A stretch of DNA of 64,000 nucleotides from Bradyrhizobium sp. (GTDB lineage: Bacteria > Pseudomonadota > Alphaproteobacteria > Rhizobiales > Xanthobacteraceae): positions 3,719 to 67,718 of the forward strand of contig DATANB010000083.1 in the NCBI GenBank assembly GCA_036266415.1, in the 5' to 3' direction. Position numbers and translations under genes: made by a program. The number at the start of each line of letters is the position of its first letter. Position 1 is the stretch's first letter. Shown piece by piece: positions 31,102-38,909 of this stretch. The notes under the pieces were generated by a model. It had not been told where the DNA came from. It ran no database searches and saw only the letters and a program-made list of their open reading frames with translations.

Positions 31102-31252
31102 ACGCCCAAGGCTTACCGGACCCGCGCGGGCGAACAGCTCGAAGGCGCGGTTCCCCGAGCAATTCCGGTTTCGGCATGGCGCAAGTCTTGGCCGCGCGCT
31201 AGGCTTGGACCAATGACATCAGCCGGTTTCCCGGCGACAGCGGAGGATCTCC

Positions 31253-32128
31253 ATGGGCAGGTTCATCGTCGAACCACATTTTCGGTTGCAGGAATGGGTT
31301 GCCGAAGAGAAGGGTTATTTTCGCGACCAGGGACTGGACTACGAATTTCGCGAACTGATCCGCTCGACCGAGGGCCAGCACCACAACAAGGGCGGCCGGG
31401 GCGCTTTCCAGAGCATCGAGCAAGGCCGCGAGGCCGACGTCAGCTGCGCCTGCCACTGGACGGTGAACGTGGCGGCCTCGACCGGCCACACCAAGCTGTA
31501 TGCCGACCTGTACTCGGTCGCGCCATCGGGGATTTTCGTTGCCGCCGATTCGAAGGTACGCACGCCGGCCGATCTCGCGCATGTGCCGATCTCGGTCGGG
31601 TTCCAGTCCGGCAGCCATTACTCGACGATTCAGGCGCTGGAGCAGTACATGCCGGCAAGCGACATCAACCTGAATTTCGAAGACGGCATGCTGTTCAGCC
31701 GCATGGAACGGTTCATCGATGGAAGGAGCCCGGCGGCGGCGCTTTTCAACGGCCCCTATTACCTCGCCGAGCAGCTCGGCTTCCGCAAGGTGATCGACAC
31801 AACGTTCATGATCGCCGCCATGATCAAGGGCTCGCCCGACCCGGAAGATATCAGGCGCTACTTCCGCGCGCTGCGCTCGGCGCAACGCGACATCGACCTG
31901 CGACCCGAACTTTACACGCACTACTACAAGAATGAATTCCCCGACCGCTTCCACACCATCATGGATACGCGGCGCTGGGGACCGGGCGAGAGAATTGTAT
32001 TCGAACCCTATTCGAAAGCGGTGTTCGAGGAATCGTTCGAATGGATCGCGAAACACGGGATTTTCGCCGATGGCGGCATGGGATCGGGCGATTATGACCG
32101 CTCGACCATCTCCTTTGCCGCGGAGTAG
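31253..32128 (+). CDS. NMT1/THI5/SsuA-like substrate-binding-fold protein with no signal peptide
   Basis: WVAEEKGYF..GLD and I/VRTPADL patterns; hydrophilic N-terminus; SD GGAGG. Confidence 0.65.
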   Translation: MGRFIVEPHFRLQEWVAEEKGYFRDQGLDYEFRELIRSTEGQHHNKGGRGAFQSIEQGREADVSCACHWTVNVAASTGHTKLYADLYSVAPSGIFVAADSKVRTPADLAHVPISVGFQSGSHYSTIQALEQYMPASDINLNFEDGMLFSRMERFIDGRSPAAALFNGPYYLAEQLGFRKVIDTTFMIAAMIKGSPDPEDIRRYFRALRSAQRDIDLRPELYTHYYKNEFPDRFHTIMDTRRWGPGERIVFEPYSKAVFEESFEWIAKHGIFADGGMGSGDYDRSTISFAAE

Positions 32129-32173
32129 CGCAGTCCTCGACCACCTACCTCAACCCGATGCAGGAGCAGGCCG

Positions 32174-33349
32174 ATGCTGACGAAACACCTGGTTCGACTG
32201 ATCGCGCCGGTCTTTTTCCTGTTGGGCCAGCCTCATTTCGCCGGAGCGGCCGAGGAACCGCTGATCATCGGCCTGATCATCCCGCTGACCGGGGGCCAGG
32301 CGTCAACCGGCAAGCAGCTCGCGAACGCGGTCAAGCTCTACATGAGCGAAAACGGAGACGTCGTCGCGGGCCGGAAGATCGAAGTGATCGTCAGGGACGA
32401 CGCTGCGATCCCCGAAAACACCAAGCGCATCGCCCAGGAGCTGATCGTCAATGACAAGGTCGGCATCATCGCGGGCTTCGGCATCACCCCCGCCGCGCTG
32501 GCCGCGGCGCCGCTCGCGACCCAGGCCCGCATTCCTGAAATCGTCATGCTGGCAGGCACCTCCATTATCACCGAACGATCGCCATACATCGTCCGCACCA
32601 GTTTTACCCTGGCGCAGTCGTCGGTCATCATCGGCGACTGGGCGGCCAAAAACGCAATCCGAAAGGTCGCGACGCTGACGACCGACTACGCGCCCGGCAA
32701 CGACGCGCTGCAATTCTTCAAAGCCCGCTTTCTCGCCGGCGGCGGCGAGATCGTCGACGAGGTCAAGGTGCCCCTGGTCAATCCGGATTTCGCGCCGTTC
32801 CTGCAGCGCATGAAGGATGCCAAACCGGATGCGCTGTACGTATTCGTGCCCGGCGGCCAGGGCGGCAACTTCATGAAACAGTTTTCCGAGCGCGGCTTGG
32901 ATAAGGCCGGGATCAAGATCATCGGTCCCGGCGACGTCATGGACGATGATCTCCTGAACAATATGGGCGACGCCGCGCTCGGCGCGGTCACCGCGCACAT
33001 GTATTCGGCGGCTCACAAGTCGCCGAAGAACGCGGCCTTCGTTGCGGCCTACCGCAAGATGTTCGCTTCCCGCCCGGGCTTCGTGGCCGTAGGCGGCTAT
33101 GACGGCATCCACCTGATCTATCAGGCGCTGAAGAAGACGGGCGGCAAGTCCGACGGCGACGCGCTGGTCGATGCGATGAAGGGGATGACGTGGGAGAGCC
33201 CGCGCGGCCCGGTCTCGATCGATCCTGCCACGCGCGACATCGTGCAGAACATCTACATCCGCAAGGTGGAGAAGGTGGACGGCGAACTCTACAACGTCGA
33301 ATTCAAAACCTTCGAGGCGGTAAAGGATCCCGGCAAGACATCGCCGTGA
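32174..33349 (+). CDS. Branched-chain amino acid/aromatic acid ABC transporter substrate-binding protein
   Basis: IGLI.PLTG, RDD, YIVRTSFT, DYAPG, GYDG, WESPRGP..IDP.TRD. Confidence 0.9.
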   Translation: MLTKHLVRLIAPVFFLLGQPHFAGAAEEPLIIGLIIPLTGGQASTGKQLANAVKLYMSENGDVVAGRKIEVIVRDDAAIPENTKRIAQELIVNDKVGIIAGFGITPAALAAAPLATQARIPEIVMLAGTSIITERSPYIVRTSFTLAQSSVIIGDWAAKNAIRKVATLTTDYAPGNDALQFFKARFLAGGGEIVDEVKVPLVNPDFAPFLQRMKDAKPDALYVFVPGGQGGNFMKQFSERGLDKAGIKIIGPGDVMDDDLLNNMGDAALGAVTAHMYSAAHKSPKNAAFVAAYRKMFASRPGFVAVGGYDGIHLIYQALKKTGGKSDGDALVDAMKGMTWESPRGPVSIDPATRDIVQNIYIRKVEKVDGELYNVEFKTFEAVKDPGKTSP

Positions 33350-33383
33350 AAGATCCTTGCGCCGGCAAAATACCGCAACAGAA

Positions 33384-33413
33384 AAAGGCCGCCCGGTTTC
33401 CCGGACGGCCTTT
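33384..33413 (+). terminator. Probable intrinsic terminator
   Basis: aaaggccgcccgg-tttc-ccggacggccttt. Confidence 0.6.
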
Positions 33414-33652
33414 CCTGTCCTACGGCAGCTCCACATTGACGGGCGATTTCAGAACCTCATCGCCGGGGGCCTATCTCCCGGCCACATCCTGATCGGCAGC
33501 CGCTGCATATCGGGACAGTCGCGAACTGTTGCCCGAACCTTCGCGATGGTCTCCCACCTCCGTAAGATGGCCCATTGAGCCACGTCGCCATCGCCTCGAC
33601 AATGACGCGGCGGCAGATGTCCCCGTTGTACCCGCTGTTCACAGCTTCACCT

Positions 33653-33735
33653 CGTCATTCCGGGGCGCGCTTCAGCGCGAACCCGGAAATCTCGGGATTC
33701 CGGGTCTGCGCCAAGGGGCGGATCCCGGAATGACA
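33653..33735. repeat. REP-like element, family A
   Basis: cgtcattccgggg...cccggaatgaca, just downstream of NDUFA12. Confidence 0.85.
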
Positions 33736-33746
33736 ATAAATGAAGC

Positions 33747-34157
33747 TCAGCTTCCGGGTGTCCAGGGCTGGTAATCGCCGGTGGCCGCGGGCCGGCGGCC
33801 GCTCGCCAGCGTCGAGCCCGCCGGACGGTAGGCCAAGGGGGTCCCGGTCAGATTGGGGATGTGCGGCTTTTCCCATTCGCGCGGCGTGTAGGTCTCCTCG
33901 GTCGGCGCGAGATCGACGGTGTGATGCAGCCAGCCATGCCATGACGGCGGCACGCGGGAGGCCTCGGCAAGTCCGTTATAGACCACCCAGCGCCGCTCGA
34001 AGCCAAGCGTCGGATCGATCTTGCGCCCCTTGGTGCGGAAATAGCGGTTGCCCTCCTCGTCCACGCCCACCAGTTCGCCGAACCGCCAGGTCCACAATTG
34101 CGTGCCGAAGGTCTGGCCGTTCCACCATGTGAAGATCTTGAGCAGAAACTGTTTCAT
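33747..34157 (-). CDS. NADH:ubiquinone oxidoreductase accessory subunit NDUFA12 (17.2 kDa) family
   Basis: G.DEEGNRY, ERRWVVY, EASRVPPSWHGWLH, NLTGT, GDYQPWTP. Confidence 0.92.
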   Translation of the reverse strand: MKQFLLKIFTWWNGQTFGTQLWTWRFGELVGVDEEGNRYFRTKGRKIDPTLGFERRWVVYNGLAEASRVPPSWHGWLHHTVDLAPTEETYTPREWEKPHIPNLTGTPLAYRPAGSTLASGRRPAATGDYQPWTPGS

Positions 34158-34365
34158 GCGCTGGGCCAGTTCGAGGACAATTGAAGGCTCTGATGCCACC
34201 GGCAGAGCGGATTGTCCAGCAAAGTCCGGTCTTGCAGCCCATCGACCGGGAGATGGGAGCCAGCAGCTTTTGGCGGTGAGCGTCGTGGAATCGGCGCAAT
34301 CCGTTCATGCCGCATACAGTTGCGATCTGACAGGCTGAAGCCGCGCACAATCGGTGCGAGGCTCG

Positions 34366-34390
34366 GGAACGTTCGCCCTGTGAACCGGTT
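34366..34390 (+). promoter_or_regulatory. Sigma-EcfG-type promoter GGAAC-N16-GGTT
   Basis: ggaac gttcgccctgtgaacc ggtt, 27 nt before ATG 34418. Confidence 0.6.
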
Positions 34391-34417
34391 GGGCTGTGAC
34401 CCGCAAAGGAGCCAACA

Positions 34418-34927
34418 ATGATCAGTCTTAAGGTATTGAGTAGCGCGGCCGCATTGGCCCTGGTTTTGCCGATGGCAGTGCCGACCGCAAGCTTCGCACA
34501 GGGTCCGCATGCCAGGGGCGCCGGTAGCAAAGTTGGTGTCCCCAGCGCAGGCGGCGGTGCGCCGGCAGCGCGCTTTAGCGGTGCTGGCGGCGCGCCGGTC
34601 GCGCGTTTTAGCGGCGGCGGCGCTTATCGCGGCGGCTACAACGGCGGCTATCGTCACAATGGTGGCGGCGGCTTCATCCCCGGCGCGGTCGCAGGCGCGG
34701 TGATCGGCGGTGCGATCGCCTCGCAGAGCTACGGCTATTACGGCGGACCGGGCTATTATGCGCCGGGCTATTACGACGACCAGTACTATGATGACGGCGC
34801 GGTAGCGGTGGCGCCGGCCCCCGCCGGCGACGACGCGGTCAGCTACTGCATGCAGACCTATCGTTCCTACGATCCGGCGTCGGGAACCTATCTGGGTTAC
34901 GACGGCCTGCGGCACCCCTGCCCGTAA
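34418..34927 (+). CDS. BA14K family secreted protein
   Basis: Signal peptide, Gly/Tyr-rich body, C-terminal YC.QTYRSYDPASGTYLGYDG.RHPCP. Confidence 0.92.
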   Translation: MISLKVLSSAAALALVLPMAVPTASFAQGPHARGAGSKVGVPSAGGGAPAARFSGAGGAPVARFSGGGAYRGGYNGGYRHNGGGGFIPGAVAGAVIGGAIASQSYGYYGGPGYYAPGYYDDQYYDDGAVAVAPAPAGDDAVSYCMQTYRSYDPASGTYLGYDGLRHPCP

Positions 34928-34999
34928 CCGCGTTCGATCTACTGGATTTGAGGGCGGCGCATTCTCGGTGCGCCGTCCCTTGCCGACGCACGCGCGCCG

Positions 35000-37207
35000 C
35001 TATTTGGCCGCCGAGTTGGCCTGCGATATCTTTTTCAGATTTTGCAGGGCATCCCTGTAATTGGGATCAATCTCGATCGCGCGGCGATATTCCGCGATCG
35101 CATCATCGGTCTTGCCCTGACCGGACAACACGAGGCCCAGACCGTTGTGCGCGAAAGCGCTCTTCGGATCGATCTCGATGGCGCGATGATATTCCGCAGC
35201 CGCCTCATCGGCCTTGCCCTGGTGGAGCAAAGCGAGGCCGAGATTATTGTGCGGCGCTGGGTATTTCGGATCAATCTCCGCGGCGCGCCGATATTCGGCG
35301 ATCGCCTCATCGGCCTTGCCCCGGTCGAATAGCACGATGCCCAGACTGTTATGCGCAGACGCGTCCTTCGGATCGATCTCGATGGCATGACGATATTCCG
35401 CAATGGCGTCATCGGCCTTGCCCTGATGAAGCAGGGCCGCGCCGAGGTTGGTGTGGGGGTTGGCGTATTTCGGATCCAGCTCGATGGCCCGGCGATATTC
35501 CGCGATCGCCTCGTCGGCCCTGCCCTGACTGAACAAAGCGAGGCCCAGATTGTTGTGCGGTGCCGGGTATTTCGGACTAATCTCGATGGCGCGGCGATAT
35601 TCCGCTATCGCATCGTCGGTCTTGCCCTGATGGGAAAGAGCAAGACCCAGACTATTGTGCGGCGTTGCGTATTTCGGATCCAGCTCGATGGCATGGCGAT
35701 ATTCCGCGATCGCCTCATCGGCCTTGCCCTGACGGGACAAAGCGAAGCCCAGATCGTTGTACGCCGACGCGTATTTCGGACTAATCGCGATGGCGCGGCG
35801 ATATTCCGCAATGGCGTCATCGGTGTTGCCCTGATGAAGCAGGGCCGCGCCGAGGTTGGCGTGGGGGCTGGCGTATTTCGGATCCAGCTCGATGGCGTGG
35901 CGATATTCCGCGATCGCCTCATCGGCCTTGCCCTGATGGGACAAAACGAGGCCCAGGTTATTGTGCGGCGCTGCGTATTTCGGATTGATCTCGATAGCGC
36001 GGCGGTATTCCGCGATCGCATCATCGGTCCGACCCTGCTGGTACCACACGAAGCCCAGACCATTGTGCGCAAATGCGTTCTTCGGATCCAGCTCAATGGC
36101 ACGGTGACATTCCGCCACCGCGTCATCGGCCTTACCCTGGTGATACAAGGCCAGGCCCAGGTTGGCGTGCGGGAGCGCATACTTGCGATTGAGCTCGATG
36201 GCATAGCGATACTTCGCGATGGCGCCATCCAGATTGCCGTTCGGGCCGGCTTCTTCGCTCAAAACATAGCCCCAATTGTTGTAGGCTTGGGCCGATTTCG
36301 GATCTATCCCGATGGCCCGCTGATATTGCGCGATCGCGTCATCGGACCGGCCCAGCCCCTGCAGGGTGCGGCCCAGGCTGATATGCGGCGCCGGATTGCT
36401 CCAGTTCAGGCGGACCGCGGTTCGCAGCATCTTCTCCGACTCGGCATAATTTTTCTGGTCATAGAGATAATTTCCCTTCAGCAGATACGCCCACTGCACA
36501 TTGACGTCGCTATCCTTCAAGCGGCTGATGATGTCATCGGCTTCCTCCACCGCTTGCTCCGGGTGGTCGTCATACAGGGCTCTCGCGTTGATATAGGGCT
36601 GTATCTTTTCCGTGACGTTATGCGCGGCCCTGGCCAGCAGATCGTCGGGATTTCCGGAATCAAATTCGCTGCTGAAGACCTGCTGCCCGTCCACGCGCAG
36701 GCGCAGCGCGAGTTTGTCGCGAAGGAAGAATTCGCCGGAGATCCTGTGACCGCTGCCGTAGTGCAGCACGCTGCGAATCGAGGAAACCAGCGCGTTGAGC
36801 GAAAGATCGATTTTCGGCACGACGAAATCCGGCAATTCGTCGCGCGGCGAAATACTCAGGGAGTCCATCAGCTTGCTCGCCTGGTTGACGCCGGCGTAAT
36901 GGTTGAGCGCATCGCGCAGACGATGGCTTGCCACTTCAGGCGTATAGCCGTCGTCGGAGAGCGTCTTCGGCACCGAGATCGGCTCGATCGTGACGACGTC
37001 GCGCGCGAGGTCTTGGGCGACGAGCACGCAGATCACGACCCAGATGACAATCCAGCTCAGCGCGACGACGTTGCCGATGGAGGCCGACCTGGCGATCCAG
37101 CCGCCGGCGGATTGCAAATTCGTTTTTATTTCCAGCCAAACCGAAGATTGCTCTGCCACGGCTGAACTTTCCCAGCTGTCCCGTACGTCCCCTTCCCATG
37201 GAACCAT
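35000..37207 (-). CDS. Membrane-anchored TPR-repeat protein (about 14 TPRs)
   Basis: One N-terminal TM helix, then tandem 34-aa D(D/E)AIAEYRRAIE.DPK...HNNLG repeats; start uncertain (ATG 37207 or GTG 37159). Confidence 0.8.
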   Translation of the reverse strand: MVPWEGDVRDSWESSAVAEQSSVWLEIKTNLQSAGGWIARSASIGNVVALSWIVIWVVICVLVAQDLARDVVTIEPISVPKTLSDDGYTPEVASHRLRDALNHYAGVNQASKLMDSLSISPRDELPDFVVPKIDLSLNALVSSIRSVLHYGSGHRISGEFFLRDKLALRLRVDGQQVFSSEFDSGNPDDLLARAAHNVTEKIQPYINARALYDDHPEQAVEEADDIISRLKDSDVNVQWAYLLKGNYLYDQKNYAESEKMLRTAVRLNWSNPAPHISLGRTLQGLGRSDDAIAQYQRAIGIDPKSAQAYNNWGYVLSEEAGPNGNLDGAIAKYRYAIELNRKYALPHANLGLALYHQGKADDAVAECHRAIELDPKNAFAHNGLGFVWYQQGRTDDAIAEYRRAIEINPKYAAPHNNLGLVLSHQGKADEAIAEYRHAIELDPKYASPHANLGAALLHQGNTDDAIAEYRRAIAISPKYASAYNDLGFALSRQGKADEAIAEYRHAIELDPKYATPHNSLGLALSHQGKTDDAIAEYRRAIEISPKYPAPHNNLGLALFSQGRADEAIAEYRRAIELDPKYANPHTNLGAALLHQGKADDAIAEYRHAIEIDPKDASAHNSLGIVLFDRGKADEAIAEYRRAAEIDPKYPAPHNNLGLALLHQGKADEAAAEYHRAIEIDPKSAFAHNGLGLVLSGQGKTDDAIAEYRRAIEIDPNYRDALQNLKKISQANSAAK
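35040..36400 (-). repeat. Tandem ~102-bp coding repeats (TPR array)
   Basis: cgatattccgcgatcgcctcatcggccttgccctga-like unit recurring every 102 bp. Confidence 0.9.
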
Positions 37208-37308
37208 AGCACTGGCCGACGAGCAGCATAAGCCGGATTCAACGTCTGCGTGCCGGCGGCCGCCCACCGCACCCGTCACGCCACACCGCTGGGGCACCGT
37301 CTGCGCGG

Positions 37309-38208
37309 TCAGGACCGGATCGCCAGCGCGACGCCGAAGAGCGTGAAGGCCAGCGCGGCGATCTGGCCGGGGCCGAGCGGCTCGTGCAGTGTGATCGCGG
37401 AGATGACCACGCCGATAACCGGCACTGCCATGGTGCCGATCGCGGCCACCGAGGCCGGCAGCCGGGCAAGCGCTGCGAACCAGCAGACATAGCCGACGCA
37501 GAACTGGATCACCGTGCAATAGAAGATCAGGACCCAGCCGAGGCCGGACAGTCTGCCGACGTCGGCGTGCTCGAAGCCGAGGCCGGCGATGGCGACCGGA
37601 AGGCTGCCGAGCCCGATCTGCCAGGCCGCGGCCGCAAACGGCGGCAGATTGAGCGGATATTTCTTGGTCAGCACGGTGCCGATGGCAAAACCGATGGAGC
37701 CGCCAAGCGCCATCAGCACGCCCGGCAGCTTTGCCACGCTGGCGGCAAATCCGTTGCCGCCCATGATGGCGGCCAACCCCGCGAACGCCATCACCAGCGA
37801 AATCACCCGCAACAGGTTCGGCCGCTCGCCGAGCACCGGCCAGGCCAGCAGCGAGGCCCAGATCGGCAGGGTATAGGCGATCAACACGGCTTCGCTGGCC
37901 GGCAGCCAGACCAGCGCCAGACCCATCAAACTCATCCAGGCGGCAACATTGAAGAATGCCGCCACGAGCAAACGCGGCCAGATCTCGCGCGGCACATGCA
38001 GGCTCTGCCGGAACGCCAGCGCCAATAGCGCCAGCAGGCCCGCGCCGATCACGCCCGGCACCCCGCGCATGGTGAAGGGCGGCAACTGGGTCAGCAGATA
38101 TTTGTTGATCGGCCAGTTGATGCCCCAGCCCATCGAGGTGATGGCGAGAAACATCAGGCCCGCGGGTGCGATTCGACTTCGCGCGCCCGTCAGTGGGGAA
38201 AGGGTCAT
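37309..38208 (-). CDS. DMT/EamA family transporter
   Basis: 10 TM, WG.NWP, LGER, PVIGV, LHEP. Confidence 0.9.
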   Translation of the reverse strand: MTLSPLTGARSRIAPAGLMFLAITSMGWGINWPINKYLLTQLPPFTMRGVPGVIGAGLLALLALAFRQSLHVPREIWPRLLVAAFFNVAAWMSLMGLALVWLPASEAVLIAYTLPIWASLLAWPVLGERPNLLRVISLVMAFAGLAAIMGGNGFAASVAKLPGVLMALGGSIGFAIGTVLTKKYPLNLPPFAAAAWQIGLGSLPVAIAGLGFEHADVGRLSGLGWVLIFYCTVIQFCVGYVCWFAALARLPASVAAIGTMAVPVIGVVISAITLHEPLGPGQIAALAFTLFGVALAIRS

Positions 38209-38497
38209 GTCTTGGAGCTTCTGCGCCGCCTGAGAGGTGGGGAATCGGCTTTAGCTTGCCGGTTATCGGCGCCTGGGGCCACCGGGGAAGCGGCATGCCA
38301 GCCCGGACCTTGCGAGCGTCCCCCTGAGTCTCGCCGGCGCAACCCCTGCCGCACAATAAATAGTTGCCCTGTGAACAGCGGGGCGAAGCCGAAATCGGCG
38401 CGGCCGAAACAATTTTTTTCGCTTGGGAATCCCTGAGGACTCACTGATACTTGGCCACATAGCGGGACGCCCGGTACCCCCTGTTTTTCCCGCTTTT

Positions 38498-38513
38498 CCA
38501 CCATATTTAGTAT
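38498..38513 (+). promoter_or_regulatory. Putative NrdR box
   Basis: ccaccatatttagtat resembles acaCwAtATaTwGtg and lies upstream of a ribonucleotide reductase gene. Confidence 0.5.
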
Positions 38514-38909
38514 TTGATTCAGGAACTCGTACTAGTCCTTGACGGGCGCAATGGAGTTGTCCTAGCCTTCTTCCTGTTCGGCGCGAGTGTGTTTGGGTCC
38601 CGCCGGTCACTCCCAGATGGGTTCCAAAAATGACCACTCCGCCGGCCGGTCGAGGCAGCGGTGATGGACTTTTTTGTCCCGAATTTTGGGGGATTTCGGA
38701 GCGTAAAAAGACGAGCCAGAAACGGCTCAGGTGACGAGTTGGGGCGTTGAAAAGCATGACCTGAGGGAACCGGCGTTCCTCCCAGGACATGCCCGAACAG
38801 AAACAGGGCCGGGTCCACCGGTAGAGCTGCGAGCCAACAGGTTCGCTCAAGGAACAACACCCGGCGCGCCGCGGCGGCGGTCCGGTCAAAAAACAACGGG
38901 GCACGAAAA

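Noticed and set aside
35000-38356. 1118-aa ORF suggesting a giant TPR fusion
   Set aside because: The upstream ~380 codons are an alternative frame over the DMT transporter gene with Arg/Gly/Ala-rich non-protein-like composition; the real gene most likely starts near 37207
38209-38909. Cobalamin riboswitch upstream of B12-dependent nrdJ
   Set aside because: No convincing B12-box or conserved core order found by eye; needs cmsearch
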